Source of the DNA: an uncultured Clostridia bacterium
GTDB lineage: Bacteria > Bacillota > Clostridia > Christensenellales > UBA1242
NCBI GenBank assembly: GCA_949841045.1
Contig: CATKXS010000002.1
Location: 30,246 to 94,245 of the forward strand
Length of the DNA stretch: 64,000 bases
Reading direction: 5' to 3'
Positions 8,812-18,103 of this stretch are shown here, one piece after another. The stretch's first letter is position 1. Each line of letters begins with the position of its first letter. The notes beneath the pieces were generated by a model that was not told the DNA's origin, did not search any database, and saw only the letters and a list, made by a program, of their open reading frames with translations. The translations under genes were made by a program, and so were the position numbers.

Positions 8812-10179
8812 TTAGCCAACAGTAAATAGTGAATTCACCCTATTCTGTTTTTTGTCTGTATAGAAAGCTTTTATAATTCCATCTTGAGAAATTTTAATCG
8901 CCGTTCCATATTTTGATAAAGTTGTTGCAGCAGCAAGTCTTCCACCGCCTTCACTGCCCGCTTCAATCTTGAGAATAGCGCCTACAGCGATTATAGTACC
9001 TTCACTGTCAACAACAACAGCTCCGTCCATACTTACAAGTTCTAGTCTAAGTTTTCTTGAAAGTTCATGAAATGGTCTGCCGTTGATAATTTTTCTCAGG
9101 CATTGAGCTTTTACACATTTTTGTTCACGAAGAAAAGTTATATAAGGAACATTGTAGACAGCTTCAACAGATGAAAGCGATTGAATGTTATAAAGTCTAC
9201 CCGCCACTTCAAGCACTTGCGCCTTTTTAATTTCAAAGTATTTTTCATTGATTATGTCATGAGCATTGATATGTGTAAGCGCATTCTCAGTATCGTCTTT
9301 ATTCAGATAGACGATACAACCACCATTATAGGAATATGAGGTGTCAAGAGCAGTATAATAAATGGAACGTCTTATATCTTTAAGTGAATAATTGCCACGA
9401 TATGAAAGCATTTGAATAACTTCTTCGTGAGAATAAATATTCCACCTGCCAAGCCTGTTGGCAAATAAAAGATTTCTATTTTTAAATATTAAAATATCTC
9501 CTGTTTTAGTGAGAACAATTCCAATTCTACGTTCATTGCAATATCTTGCGATATTTTCATATTCAAACGGACAAATAGTAGGAACTTTTTTAACTTTATC
9601 CACTTGAACATAACCAATCAAGTTGCCCTTTTTGTCAAACTCTAAATTTGAATTTACACCATCAGTTAAAAGAGCAAAAAAGTCCTTGTTCATGATTTCA
9701 TTAAAACTAAGCACATCATCTTGCCCGCTTATATCTATTGAGAGATTAAGAATGATACCTATATCAACCTTTCGTCCTTCGTAAGTTCTTGCCGCCCACT
9801 TTTCAATTCCGTTAATGATTGCAAACATACAATTTGCTGTTTCTTGCTCACAAATTGATTGACAAATAGACTTTTCAATTGCATTTTCTTGTAATACTGA
9901 CAAATAACTGTCATCTTCAAGTTGAATAACAGCAATTTTATTAATTTCTGCAATAATAGATTTTAAAAGGTCAACTTCAAAAACTTGAAAAGGTTGTCCC
10001 CTTTTTAGTATGATACGATATTCATCTGATTTAGTTGGTTTTAAAAGAAGAGAGTTCTTCTTTCCGTATGCAACTTCATTATCTCGCAAAGAAGAAGGCT
10101 CCTCTCCATCAATAAAAGAACCTGTAAATAAAGGTAATATAAGTTTGTTTACAAATTTATAAAACTGTTGCTTCTCCAT
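8812..10179 (-). CDS. diadenylate cyclase (DisA_N/DAC)-like domain protein with an uncharacterised N-terminal region
   Basis: The C-terminal ~170 aa follow the DAC pattern. GGCIVYL corresponds to GALIVI, MDGAVVVDSEGTIIAVGAIL to HDGAVII.g.I.AAgc.L, GGGRLAAATTLS to GTRHRAA.G.S, and AIKISQDGIIK to VSEETG.IS. The RHR motif is replaced by GRL. Confidence 0.55.
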   Translation of the reverse strand: MEKQQFYKFVNKLILPLFTGSFIDGEEPSSLRDNEVAYGKKNSLLLKPTKSDEYRIILKRGQPFQVFEVDLLKSIIAEINKIAVIQLEDDSYLSVLQENAIEKSICQSICEQETANCMFAIINGIEKWAARTYEGRKVDIGIILNLSIDISGQDDVLSFNEIMNKDFFALLTDGVNSNLEFDKKGNLIGYVQVDKVKKVPTICPFEYENIARYCNERRIGIVLTKTGDILIFKNRNLLFANRLGRWNIYSHEEVIQMLSYRGNYSLKDIRRSIYYTALDTSYSYNGGCIVYLNKDDTENALTHINAHDIINEKYFEIKKAQVLEVAGRLYNIQSLSSVEAVYNVPYITFLREQKCVKAQCLRKIINGRPFHELSRKLRLELVSMDGAVVVDSEGTIIAVGAILKIEAGSEGGGRLAAATTLSKYGTAIKISQDGIIKAFYTDKKQNRVNSLFTVG

Positions 10180-10265
10180 TTCACTCCAACCTAGCGATAC
10201 TCAAAATTATTATATATCATTTTTTTTGTTTATTCAAGACATTTAATACATTTTTCAAAATTTTT

Positions 10266-10994
10266 TTAAAGTTCATTTTCAGTCTTTTTCTTATCTATAT
10301 TTTCATCTTTTGATATATTTTTTTGTAGAATTTTAATAATTTTGTTTTCAATTCTTGAAATATATGACCTGGAAATGCCAAAAATTTCGGCAACTTCTTT
10401 TTGCGTTTTTAGTGGATAAGAACAAAGGCCATATCGATATTTTAATATTTCTTTTTCCATGTTTGACAAATTATTATCCATTACATTCATTACATCCATC
10501 ATAAGACAACCCACTTCTACCTGCTCAAAAACATCTTCTTCGCTTTCAGAAGGTATTAAATTTGCAAGTTCAAGGTCCTCACTGTCATTCTTTGGTGCAA
10601 GCATGGTGTTTAGAGAAATAGTATCTTTGTGTTTCTTATTAGACCTTATAAGCATTAAAATCTCATTTTCAATGCAACGAGAGGCATAGGTTGATAAAAG
10701 CACACCTTTTGAACTATCAAAGCTGTCCACCGCCTTGATAAGCCCTATTGTGCCAACTGAAATTAGGTCATCAGCTTCAAGAGAGTTATTATACTTCTTG
10801 ACAATATGTGCAACAAGCCTCAAATTATGATTTATAAGGACATCTCTTGCTTCCTTGTCCCCATTTTCATATTTTTCAATCCACTTCACCTCTTCTTCTT
10901 TGGTAAGTGGCTTTGGAAAACCTTGAATAGAACTGACAAATGACGTAAAACAACATATTTGCCCCATAAACTTCGCAAAACTCTCATAAATCAT
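10266..10994 (-). CDS. sigK: sporulation sigma factor, SigK-like, with a pro-sequence
   Basis: FPKPLTKEEE...GDKEARDVLINHNLRLVAHIVKKY...DDLISVGTIGLIKAVDSF...TYASRCIENEILM...ISRSYISRIE. The RLVAHIVKK and TYA.RCIENEILM blocks match B. subtilis SigK better than SigE. About 25 aa of hydrophobic leader precede the mature region. The gene is uninterrupted. Confidence 0.75.
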   Translation of the reverse strand: MIYESFAKFMGQICCFTSFVSSIQGFPKPLTKEEEVKWIEKYENGDKEARDVLINHNLRLVAHIVKKYNNSLEADDLISVGTIGLIKAVDSFDSSKGVLLSTYASRCIENEILMLIRSNKKHKDTISLNTMLAPKNDSEDLELANLIPSESEEDVFEQVEVGCLMMDVMNVMDNNLSNMEKEILKYRYGLCSYPLKTQKEVAEIFGISRSYISRIENKIIKILQKNISKDENIDKKKTENEL

Positions 10995-11208
10995 TATTCA
11001 CCGCCCTCGAAAAAACTCGATAGCAATATATATGTTGAAATTTGTCGAAATTTGCTTGTCTACACAAAAAAAAGGCAGATTATCCGCCTCTTTTTTGAGC
11101 ATTTAGCCCTTTTAACTATTCAAATTTTAATGATTTTGCAACTAAGTCTACCCGCCAAAAGCAAGCTGATGACAGTTTATCGCAATATATCACCATAATA
11201 GGTAACTA

Positions 11209-11667
11209 CTAAGTCAATTCGTTTTCATCTTTTGTTGACAAAATATATTCATCTAAAAATTGCATAAATACATCATATGGAACATTTAAAGCAGAATCGA
11301 CTACTTTTACCTCTTTAATATATTTTGAAACAATCAAATTATAGTCTTCGCGAGTTATCTCAAAGCCATTCTTTTCGTAGAATTTTCTTACTACCCATTC
11401 TTCTTCACCTTCTGGATAATATTTACCTTCTACATAACGCTTAAAATTTTTTAAGCATTCTTTTTCAAAAAGTTTTAAAAGACGTGTTCCCACTTTCATA
11501 TCTTTTTTATGGCGAAATTCTTTCATAACGCTTATATTATAAAGCCAAGCATTGCTTTTATTAAAAGAAAATCTAACATAACCAATAAGTTTATTTTTAT
11601 AAACCGCACCTAAATAACTCATTTTGTTATCTTCAAGGTTGCTTTTTATAAATTTCACATTTTCCAT
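11209..11667 (-). CDS. GNAT family N-acetyltransferase (tentative)
   Basis: 152 aa. ISVMKEFRHKKDMKVGTRLLKLFEKE resembles the acetyl-CoA binding motif A, and YEKNGFE is a typical GNAT C-terminal motif. Confidence 0.5.
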   Translation of the reverse strand: MENVKFIKSNLEDNKMSYLGAVYKNKLIGYVRFSFNKSNAWLYNISVMKEFRHKKDMKVGTRLLKLFEKECLKNFKRYVEGKYYPEGEEEWVVRKFYEKNGFEITREDYNLIVSKYIKEVKVVDSALNVPYDVFMQFLDEYILSTKDENELT

Positions 11668-11676
11668 AACAATCTC

Positions 11677-12573
11677 CTAAAATAAATTGTCAATAAATTC
11701 ATTATAGTCAAACTTTTCAAGGTCATCAACGCCTTCACCAACGCCCACAAAAGCAACTGGCAAATGGTATTCTTTTTCAATCGCGATTACAACTCCACCC
11801 TTTGCTGTTCCATCAAGTTTGGTAAGAATAATGCCGTCAATTTTGACAAATTCGTTAAATGCATTAATTTGATTTAATGCGTTTTGTCCAGTAGTTGCAT
11901 CAAGAACTATTAAGTTATATTTATTTGAATCTGGATATTCGCGATTTATTACACGGTCGATTTTCTTGAGCTCTTCCATGAGATTTGTCTTTGTATGAAG
12001 TCTTCCAGCAGTATCAATTAAAAGAACATCTGTGCCTTTTGCTTTTGCACTCGAAATTCCGTCATAAACAACAGCCGCAGCATCAGCACCTTCATCATGT
12101 TTAATAATTCTTGTTTTAGTGCGTTCTGCCCACTCAGTAAGCTGACTTGAAGCTGCTGCTCTAAATGTATCGCCAGCAACCAAAGTCACCTCTTTTTTAT
12201 TAATTTTGAAATATTTTGAAAGTTTGCCAATTGTTGTTGTTTTTCCTACTCCATTTACGCCTACAATAGTGATAATTGCAGGATAAGAAATATCAAGCTC
12301 GCCAACTCCTTCAAATTCTTCCTTAATAATTTCTTTTAGTTCATGTTTAACTTCGTCAGCAGTTCTGATTTTATTTTTTCTCGCTCTAAGTCTCAAGCTT
12401 TCAACGATTTCCATACTGGTTCTTACACCTATGTCACAAGATATAAGAACATCAGTAAGTTCATCATAAAAATCGTCATCAAGCTCGCCATGACTAAGAA
12501 GAGAATCAATTCTTCTAGCGATTGCTTCGCGGGTCTTCCTTAGTGCATTTCCAATCTTTTTAAATAAACCCAT
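11677..12573 (-). CDS. ftsY: signal recognition particle receptor FtsY
   Basis: MGLFKKIGNALRKTRE..., NG domain with GVNGVGKTTTIGKL, DTAGRL and TKLDGTAKGG. I chose the start at the MGLF Met (12573) rather than the track start at 12603, which would overlap smc. Confidence 0.92.
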   Translation of the reverse strand: MGLFKKIGNALRKTREAIARRIDSLLSHGELDDDFYDELTDVLISCDIGVRTSMEIVESLRLRARKNKIRTADEVKHELKEIIKEEFEGVGELDISYPAIITIVGVNGVGKTTTIGKLSKYFKINKKEVTLVAGDTFRAAASSQLTEWAERTKTRIIKHDEGADAAAVVYDGISSAKAKGTDVLLIDTAGRLHTKTNLMEELKKIDRVINREYPDSNKYNLIVLDATTGQNALNQINAFNEFVKIDGIILTKLDGTAKGGVVIAIEKEYHLPVAFVGVGEGVDDLEKFDYNEFIDNLF

Positions 12574-12574
12574 A

Positions 12575-15500
12575 TTAAGCCTCCTGAGCATGTTTGATTG
12601 CATCTGATAAGAGAACAGATACTATTTTTGATACACCTTTTTCTTCCATTGTAACTCCAAATAGTGCGTTAGCATATTCCATTGTTGGCTTCTTGTGTGT
12701 AATAAGAATAAATTGAGTGTCAGTTGAAAGCTTTTTAAGGTATTTATCAACGATTTCAACGTTTGAATCGTCAAGCGCCGCTTCAACTTCGTCAAATAGG
12801 CAGAATGGAAGAGGCTTAATTCTCAAAATCGCAAAAATAACCGCCATAGCCGTAAGTGACTTTTCACCACCCGAAAGAAGAGTCATATTTTGAATTTTCT
12901 TTCCTGGAGGTTGAGCAAAAATTTCAACACCAGATTCAAGTGGGTCGTTTTCATCTGAAAGTGCAAGTTTTGCAGTTCCACCACCAAAAAGTTCTCTGAA
13001 TGTAAGTTTAAAACTTTCATTGATTCTAGCAAGTTCATTACTAAACTTCTCAACCATAATACCAGACAAGTCTTTAATAATCTTGTTAAGGTCATCACCC
13101 GCTTTTTCAAGGTCTTCAGCCTGTCCATTGAGGTCGTCATAACGTTCAAGCAGAGCCTTGCAATCTTCAATAGCATTGACATTGACATAACCAAGAGAAT
13201 TTATATTTTTCTTAAGTCTTGCAATCTCCGGCATTGCTTCATCAATATTGAAGTCAGGTCTTCTAAACTCGAGGCATGTTGTATAAGAAAGAGAATACTC
13301 CTCATAAATACGCTCTTGCATTTGCTCAAGTTCAGTATCAACTTTTGAAAGATTCATCTCTTCGCGATATTTCTTGTCGCGAATTGAAGAAAGTTCTTCC
13401 ATAAGAGAAGCTTTGTTATTATCAAGTTCCTTAATCTTCTCTGACAACTTCAATTTATCTTGTTCTGCAATTTGACGCTTTTCAATATAATTTTGAAGTT
13501 CGAGTTTCTGTCCAGAAGAAGGTGCCGCAGCAAGTTTTTCTTTAATCATTTGTTCGCACGAAACAATAAATTCTTTGTTTTGTTTAAGTTGGTCATCAAT
13601 TGACTTTTCAAGAACTCTTTGTCTACCAAGTTCATTTTCTATACGTGCAAGGTCATCTTCAATTGACTTGATTTTTGTCTTAGCCTCCGCAATTTCAACT
13701 TTTACAGCCAAAATATTGTTGTTAATTTCATCTCTTCGACTGCGTAATGCCTCAAACTGCTCTTTTTTCTCTTTGATAAGCTCGTCCGCGTCTTCCTTGT
13801 TACCAGAAAGAGCTGATTCAATCTTTTCAGAACGAGAGAGTTCATCTTTGATGAGGTTAATCTTATTTTTAACTGTTTCAGCTTCCATTTTTGAAACATT
13901 TAAATTATCTTCAGTCTCTTCCAAAGTAGATGAGAATTTGTTTTGTTTCTCTTTTAGTGAAGCAAGTTCAATTTCAAGAGCGTTTTTCTTCTCAGTAAGA
14001 AGATTGAACTTGTTTTTACTATTTGAAAGGGTTTCATTCAAACTCTTTTCTTCTTTTTCAATCTCTCCGAGTCTTGTTTCGAGTTTTGCAATATCAATTC
14101 CAAGATTTTCAATCTCTCTTTCACGACCCATAAGGTTCGATGACTCGGCCTTTTTACTACCACCAGTAAGAGAACCTTGTGGATTGACTACATCACCGTC
14201 AAGGGTTACAATTCGGAAGCTATATCTGGTTGCTTTTGCAAGATTTACCGCTCTTTCAAGGTTTTCTGCGATAACAGTTCCGCCTAAAAGGTTGCTTACA
14301 ACATTGTCAATAGCTCTGTCATAATCTACAAGGTCGCTTGCAAGACCATAACAACCTTCCTTTCCTTCAATGAGTTTTTTATCAAAATCTCTTCTCTTCA
14401 TAGAAGTAATAGGAAGGAATGTCGCCCTACCAAAAGAGTTGTCTTTTAAAAATTTGATAAGAGCCTTTGCATCATCTTCATTATGAGTAACGATATTTTG
14501 GAGTGCTCCACCAAGAGCCACTTCAATCGCCGTTTCAAACTTCTCTGGTGCTTTAATAAGAGATGCAACAACGCCCACAATTTTACTCTTAATATTAGGA
14601 TTGCGGTCGCCTTCTTTTAAAAGTTTCTTAACTGCATATGTGTAGCCTTCATATTCATTTTGAAGGTCTGTCAAAAGTTTCTTTCTATTTTCATAGACCT
14701 TAATTTGAGTGATTGTGTTAGCTTTTTCTGTTTCGAGTTCTTTGACTTTACGCTCTTGCAAATAGTTTTGACTTGCAAGTTCATCATTTTCCTTCTTTAC
14801 GCGGTTAAGTTCATTTTCTTTAACCTCAAGTTCAGATTTAACTTCGTTAAAACTTGCCTCACTCTCCTTCTTTTTAATGCTATATGAGTTAATATCTTCT
14901 TCAAGATTTTTAAGGTTTGATGACAAAAGTTCCTTTTCTGCCATAAGTCTTGAAACAGAGCTCTTAATATCACTAAGAGAGCCAAGAGTTTCAATGACTT
15001 TTTGTTGGCCTTGTCCTGCCTCATCTTCGCTTAAAGTAAGGTCATTTGCAATCTTTAAATAACTTTCACTAAGCTCATCAAAAGATTTTTCAAGAGCTTC
15101 AAGGTCGCTATTTAATTCTTTTAATAATTCGCCTTTCTTAGTCTTTTCTTCTTCGCCAATTTCAAGAGCTTTCAAACAGTTTGTTTTGTCAAGATTTAAT
15201 CTATCGTTTTCTTTTAATGTAAAGTTGACTCTTTCGCGAGCAAGCTTTGTCTCGCTTTCTTGTTTTTCAAGGTTGACAGTAAGCTCTAAAATCTTTTCGT
15301 TCAAGCTCGATAAGATTTTATCAAAGTTTGTAAGTTCATACATGCTCTTATCATAACTTTCATTTGCTATATTAAGGTCTCCCTCTCTTTGAGCAATTTG
15401 TCTATTTAAAGCATCAAGTTTTAAGTTAATAGAAGCTTTTACATTATTGGCATTTTCATATTGGTAGATATATGCATTGACTTCAAGGTCTTTTAATGTC

Positions 15501-16159
15501 CCTTTATATTCAAGATATTTCTTTGCATTTTCAGCCTGTTTCTTGAGTGGTCCCATTTGTCTTTCAATTTCAGACAAAATATCCTTAACTCTTGTTAAGT
15601 TATCGTTTGTTCTCTCAAGTTTACGTTCAGCTTCCTTCTTGTCATTCTTATATTTAGAAATTCCTGCAGCGTCCTCAAACATTGCTCTTCTATTTTCAGG
15701 TTTTGAGTCGACAAGTTCGGTAACCTTACCCTGACTGACAACAGAATAACCGTTCTTACCAAGACCGCTGTTATATAAAAGGTTTGTAATATCCTTTAAG
15801 TGACAAGTGTTTCTATTTATAAGATATTCGCTTTCCCCAGAACGATAAAGTTTTCTTGTAATAGCAAGTTCATCATAGTCAAAATTGAAAAATCTAGTTG
15901 TATTGTCAAAAGTAAGAGTTACTTCGCAATAAGAAAGACTTTTTCTCTTTTCTGTTCCGTTGAAAATAACGTCTTGCATGCTATCACCACGCAATGTTTT
16001 TGCACTTTGTTCACCAAGTACCCAACGAATCGCATCAGAAACATTACTTTTACCACAGCCGTTTGGTCCAACTATAGCTGTAAAATTGTCTCCAAATTCA
16101 ATTACTGTTCTTTCGGCAAAGGACTTAAATCCTACCATTTCAATCTTTTTAAAAATCAT
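12575..16159 (-). CDS. smc: chromosome segregation protein SMC
   Basis: 1194 aa. N-terminal Walker A GPNGCGKSN, long coiled coils, a hinge (GVVASLI...), and C-terminal LSGGEK and LFDEVEAALD. Confidence 0.97.
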   Translation of the reverse strand: MIFKKIEMVGFKSFAERTVIEFGDNFTAIVGPNGCGKSNVSDAIRWVLGEQSAKTLRGDSMQDVIFNGTEKRKSLSYCEVTLTFDNTTRFFNFDYDELAITRKLYRSGESEYLINRNTCHLKDITNLLYNSGLGKNGYSVVSQGKVTELVDSKPENRRAMFEDAAGISKYKNDKKEAERKLERTNDNLTRVKDILSEIERQMGPLKKQAENAKKYLEYKGTLKDLEVNAYIYQYENANNVKASINLKLDALNRQIAQREGDLNIANESYDKSMYELTNFDKILSSLNEKILELTVNLEKQESETKLARERVNFTLKENDRLNLDKTNCLKALEIGEEEKTKKGELLKELNSDLEALEKSFDELSESYLKIANDLTLSEDEAGQGQQKVIETLGSLSDIKSSVSRLMAEKELLSSNLKNLEEDINSYSIKKKESEASFNEVKSELEVKENELNRVKKENDELASQNYLQERKVKELETEKANTITQIKVYENRKKLLTDLQNEYEGYTYAVKKLLKEGDRNPNIKSKIVGVVASLIKAPEKFETAIEVALGGALQNIVTHNEDDAKALIKFLKDNSFGRATFLPITSMKRRDFDKKLIEGKEGCYGLASDLVDYDRAIDNVVSNLLGGTVIAENLERAVNLAKATRYSFRIVTLDGDVVNPQGSLTGGSKKAESSNLMGREREIENLGIDIAKLETRLGEIEKEEKSLNETLSNSKNKFNLLTEKKNALEIELASLKEKQNKFSSTLEETEDNLNVSKMEAETVKNKINLIKDELSRSEKIESALSGNKEDADELIKEKKEQFEALRSRRDEINNNILAVKVEIAEAKTKIKSIEDDLARIENELGRQRVLEKSIDDQLKQNKEFIVSCEQMIKEKLAAAPSSGQKLELQNYIEKRQIAEQDKLKLSEKIKELDNNKASLMEELSSIRDKKYREEMNLSKVDTELEQMQERIYEEYSLSYTTCLEFRRPDFNIDEAMPEIARLKKNINSLGYVNVNAIEDCKALLERYDDLNGQAEDLEKAGDDLNKIIKDLSGIMVEKFSNELARINESFKLTFRELFGGGTAKLALSDENDPLESGVEIFAQPPGKKIQNMTLLSGGEKSLTAMAVIFAILRIKPLPFCLFDEVEAALDDSNVEIVDKYLKKLSTDTQFILITHKKPTMEYANALFGVTMEEKGVSKIVSVLLSDAIKHAQEA

Positions 16160-16178
16160 TTTTTCCTCTCGTTATATT

Positions 16179-16799
16179 TTAGCTTATCAAAAATAATTTA
16201 TCAATAGCCTTCTTTGCTGCCATTTGCTCAGCTTCTTGCTTAGACTGACCTTGTCCAATCGCAATTTCATCTTCGTCCATAAAGAAAGTTGAAATAAACC
16301 CCTCTTGTCCGTCTGATACCGTTTCATAATGCATTTTGCATTTAAAACTACTTTGAATAAGTTCTTGCAATTTTGATTTATAATTATCGTCATTTATGTT
16401 CTTATATCCGTCAAGGTCAAAATTATCATAAATAAACTTCTTTGCGTATTCAAGCCCACCATCAATGTAAATTGCTGCAATCAAAGCCTCAATAATATCT
16501 GCCTTAATCGCCTTTGTAATTTCCCCTTGACAGCTTTTGCCAAGTTCTACATGTTTTTGTAGGTCCAATCTGTCAAATAGTTTTGAAAGATAATTTTCAG
16601 ACACATAGTGACTTCTAAGCACACTAAGTTTTCCTTCGCCTTCAGCGCATTTTAAATAAAAGTATTCGCCCACAATAAAATCTAAGATACTATCTCCAAG
16701 AAATTCAAGGCGTTCATAATTATTTTCAGACTTAGAACTATGCGTGAAAGCCCGATATAAAAGCTTGTCATCTTTAAATTTATAAAATATGTTTTTCAT
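16179..16799 (-). CDS. rnc: ribonuclease III
   Basis: FTHSS...NYERLEFLGDSILDF signature plus a C-terminal dsRBD (KSKLQELIQ...AEQMAAKKAIDKL). Sits in the rnc-smc-ftsY synteny. Confidence 0.92.
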   Translation of the reverse strand: MKNIFYKFKDDKLLYRAFTHSSKSENNYERLEFLGDSILDFIVGEYFYLKCAEGEGKLSVLRSHYVSENYLSKLFDRLDLQKHVELGKSCQGEITKAIKADIIEALIAAIYIDGGLEYAKKFIYDNFDLDGYKNINDDNYKSKLQELIQSSFKCKMHYETVSDGQEGFISTFFMDEDEIAIGQGQSKQEAEQMAAKKAIDKLFLIS

Positions 16800-16810
16800 T
16801 TTTTACCTAT

Positions 16811-17833
16811 TTAGTCTTGATTTGTCTCTTCGCCCTCAATATTTAGTTTTCCAAGCGCTTCTTCAATCTTCGATATTAAGTGATTTTCATTTAACACCAT
16901 TGTTTGCTCAATTGAAGAGCAAATATTGTTTCTCTTGCATGAACCATGATTTTTAACGACCAGTTTTTTGCAACCAAGAAGTGGCGAACCGCCATGCTTG
17001 TTTAAGATGTCAATTCTTCCTCTTAAATCTTTAAAGGTTTTCTTCATAAAAAGATAACCAATTTTGCTAAGGAAATGAGCTTTTATGCTGTGCTTCAAAA
17101 GTGACATTACAGCCATAACCGCACCTTCTGTTCCTTTAAGGAGTGCATTTCCAGCAAAACCATCAGCAACCATAACGTCAACTTCTCCACTCATAAAATC
17201 TCCGCCCTCTTTGTTGCCAATGAAATTTATAGGAGCCTTTTTTAAAAGTTCATAACTTTCTTTTGTAAGTTCGCAACCCTTTCCTTCCTCAGCGCCATTG
17301 TTTAAAAGAGCCACTCTTGGCTTTTCTTTATTGTAAACAATTGAATAATATGCCGAGCCCATAAGAGCAAAATGAAGAAGATTTATTGGTTTGCAATCCA
17401 CATTCGCCCCACTGTCAATTATGATGACGTCACTATCTTTTTTGGTTGGCAAAATAGGAGCGAGTGCTGGACGTGAAATACCTCGTATGCGACCAATCTT
17501 CATAATTGCACCCGCAAGAACAGCGCCAGTGCTTCCAGCTGATACAAGTCCAACGACATCTTCTCTTTCTTTCAAAATATCATAAGCTCTTACGAGTGAA
17601 GAATTTTTCTTTTGTCTTATTGCAAGAGTTGGATGGTCCTCATTTCTTATAATCTCATCAGCGTCTACAATCTCTATACGCTTTTCATACCCTTCAATCA
17701 TTTTTCGAAGAACATCTTCTTTTCCACACAATATAATTTCGAGGTCTTTGTTTTTGTTTAACGCAAGTTTTACACCTTCAACGATTTCTAGTGGTGCATT
17801 ATCTCCACCAAAAGCATCAACTACAATTTTCAT
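16811..17833 (-). CDS. plsX: phosphate acyltransferase PlsX
   Basis: MKIVVDAFGGDNAP... Start chosen at 17833, preceded by AAAGGTGAAAAA. The 28 upstream codons in the track ORF look like read-through of AT-rich leader. Confidence 0.92.
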   Translation of the reverse strand: MKIVVDAFGGDNAPLEIVEGVKLALNKNKDLEIILCGKEDVLRKMIEGYEKRIEIVDADEIIRNEDHPTLAIRQKKNSSLVRAYDILKEREDVVGLVSAGSTGAVLAGAIMKIGRIRGISRPALAPILPTKKDSDVIIIDSGANVDCKPINLLHFALMGSAYYSIVYNKEKPRVALLNNGAEEGKGCELTKESYELLKKAPINFIGNKEGGDFMSGEVDVMVADGFAGNALLKGTEGAVMAVMSLLKHSIKAHFLSKIGYLFMKKTFKDLRGRIDILNKHGGSPLLGCKKLVVKNHGSCKRNNICSSIEQTMVLNENHLISKIEEALGKLNIEGEETNQD

Positions 17834-17950
17834 TTTTTCACCTTTATTAATATAATACATATAAATAATAACAAATATTTTTTCATTTTGCAATAAAAAT
17901 TTTATAAATAAATTCAATAAAATTTATACTATATGTCGTATTATGTATGA

Positions 17951-17982
17951 TATACAAAATACAAAATGTTGTATTTTGTATA
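17951..17982. repeat. perfect 14-bp inverted repeat with a 4-nt spacer (TATACAAAATACAA-AATG-TTGTATTTTGTATA)
   Basis: Read directly from the sequence. It lies about 120 nt upstream of the plsX start, between the rpmF terminator and the plsX promoter-like TTGCAA-17-TATTAT. Confidence 0.8.
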
Positions 17983-18065
17983 ATTTTTGATTGCATCACA
18001 CGCAAAATCAACCAATTTATTGCATAAGAAAACACTTACTAAAGCTAATTATTACTCTTGCGAGC

Positions 18066-18095
18066 TTAAAAAAAGTTCTTGGAAAGCCAAGAACT
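18066..18095 (-). terminator. intrinsic terminator of rpmF
   Basis: 9-bp stem AGTTCTTGG / CCAAGAACT with a 4-nt loop, followed on the minus strand by a T-run. Confidence 0.8.
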
Positions 18096-18103
18096 TAGTT
18101 TAA

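Noticed and set aside
10995-11208. A skin-like intervening element or recombinase associated with sigK
   Set aside because: sigK is a single uninterrupted 242-codon ORF, and the flanks contain only a terminator and promoter-like sequence.
13575-14324. 249-aa Ser/Phe/Leu-rich ORF on the plus strand, plus many other 60-135-aa ORFs antisense to smc, mutS, ftsK, polA and others
   Set aside because: They are antisense to long, confidently identified genes, have low-complexity composition and no RBS. This is the typical shadow ORF pattern opposite Lys/Glu-rich coiled-coil coding sequence.
16811-17917. Long N-terminal extensions in track ORFs for plsX (17917), the HIT protein (24121), the DUF378 protein (26448), the cyclase-like protein (29577), ftsY (12603), the carboxypeptidase (35784) and the second GNAT (63065)
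   Set aside because: In each case an internal ATG is preceded by a clear GGAGG-type RBS at the right spacing and coincides with the conserved family N-terminus. The upstream codons are AT-rich leader read-through.
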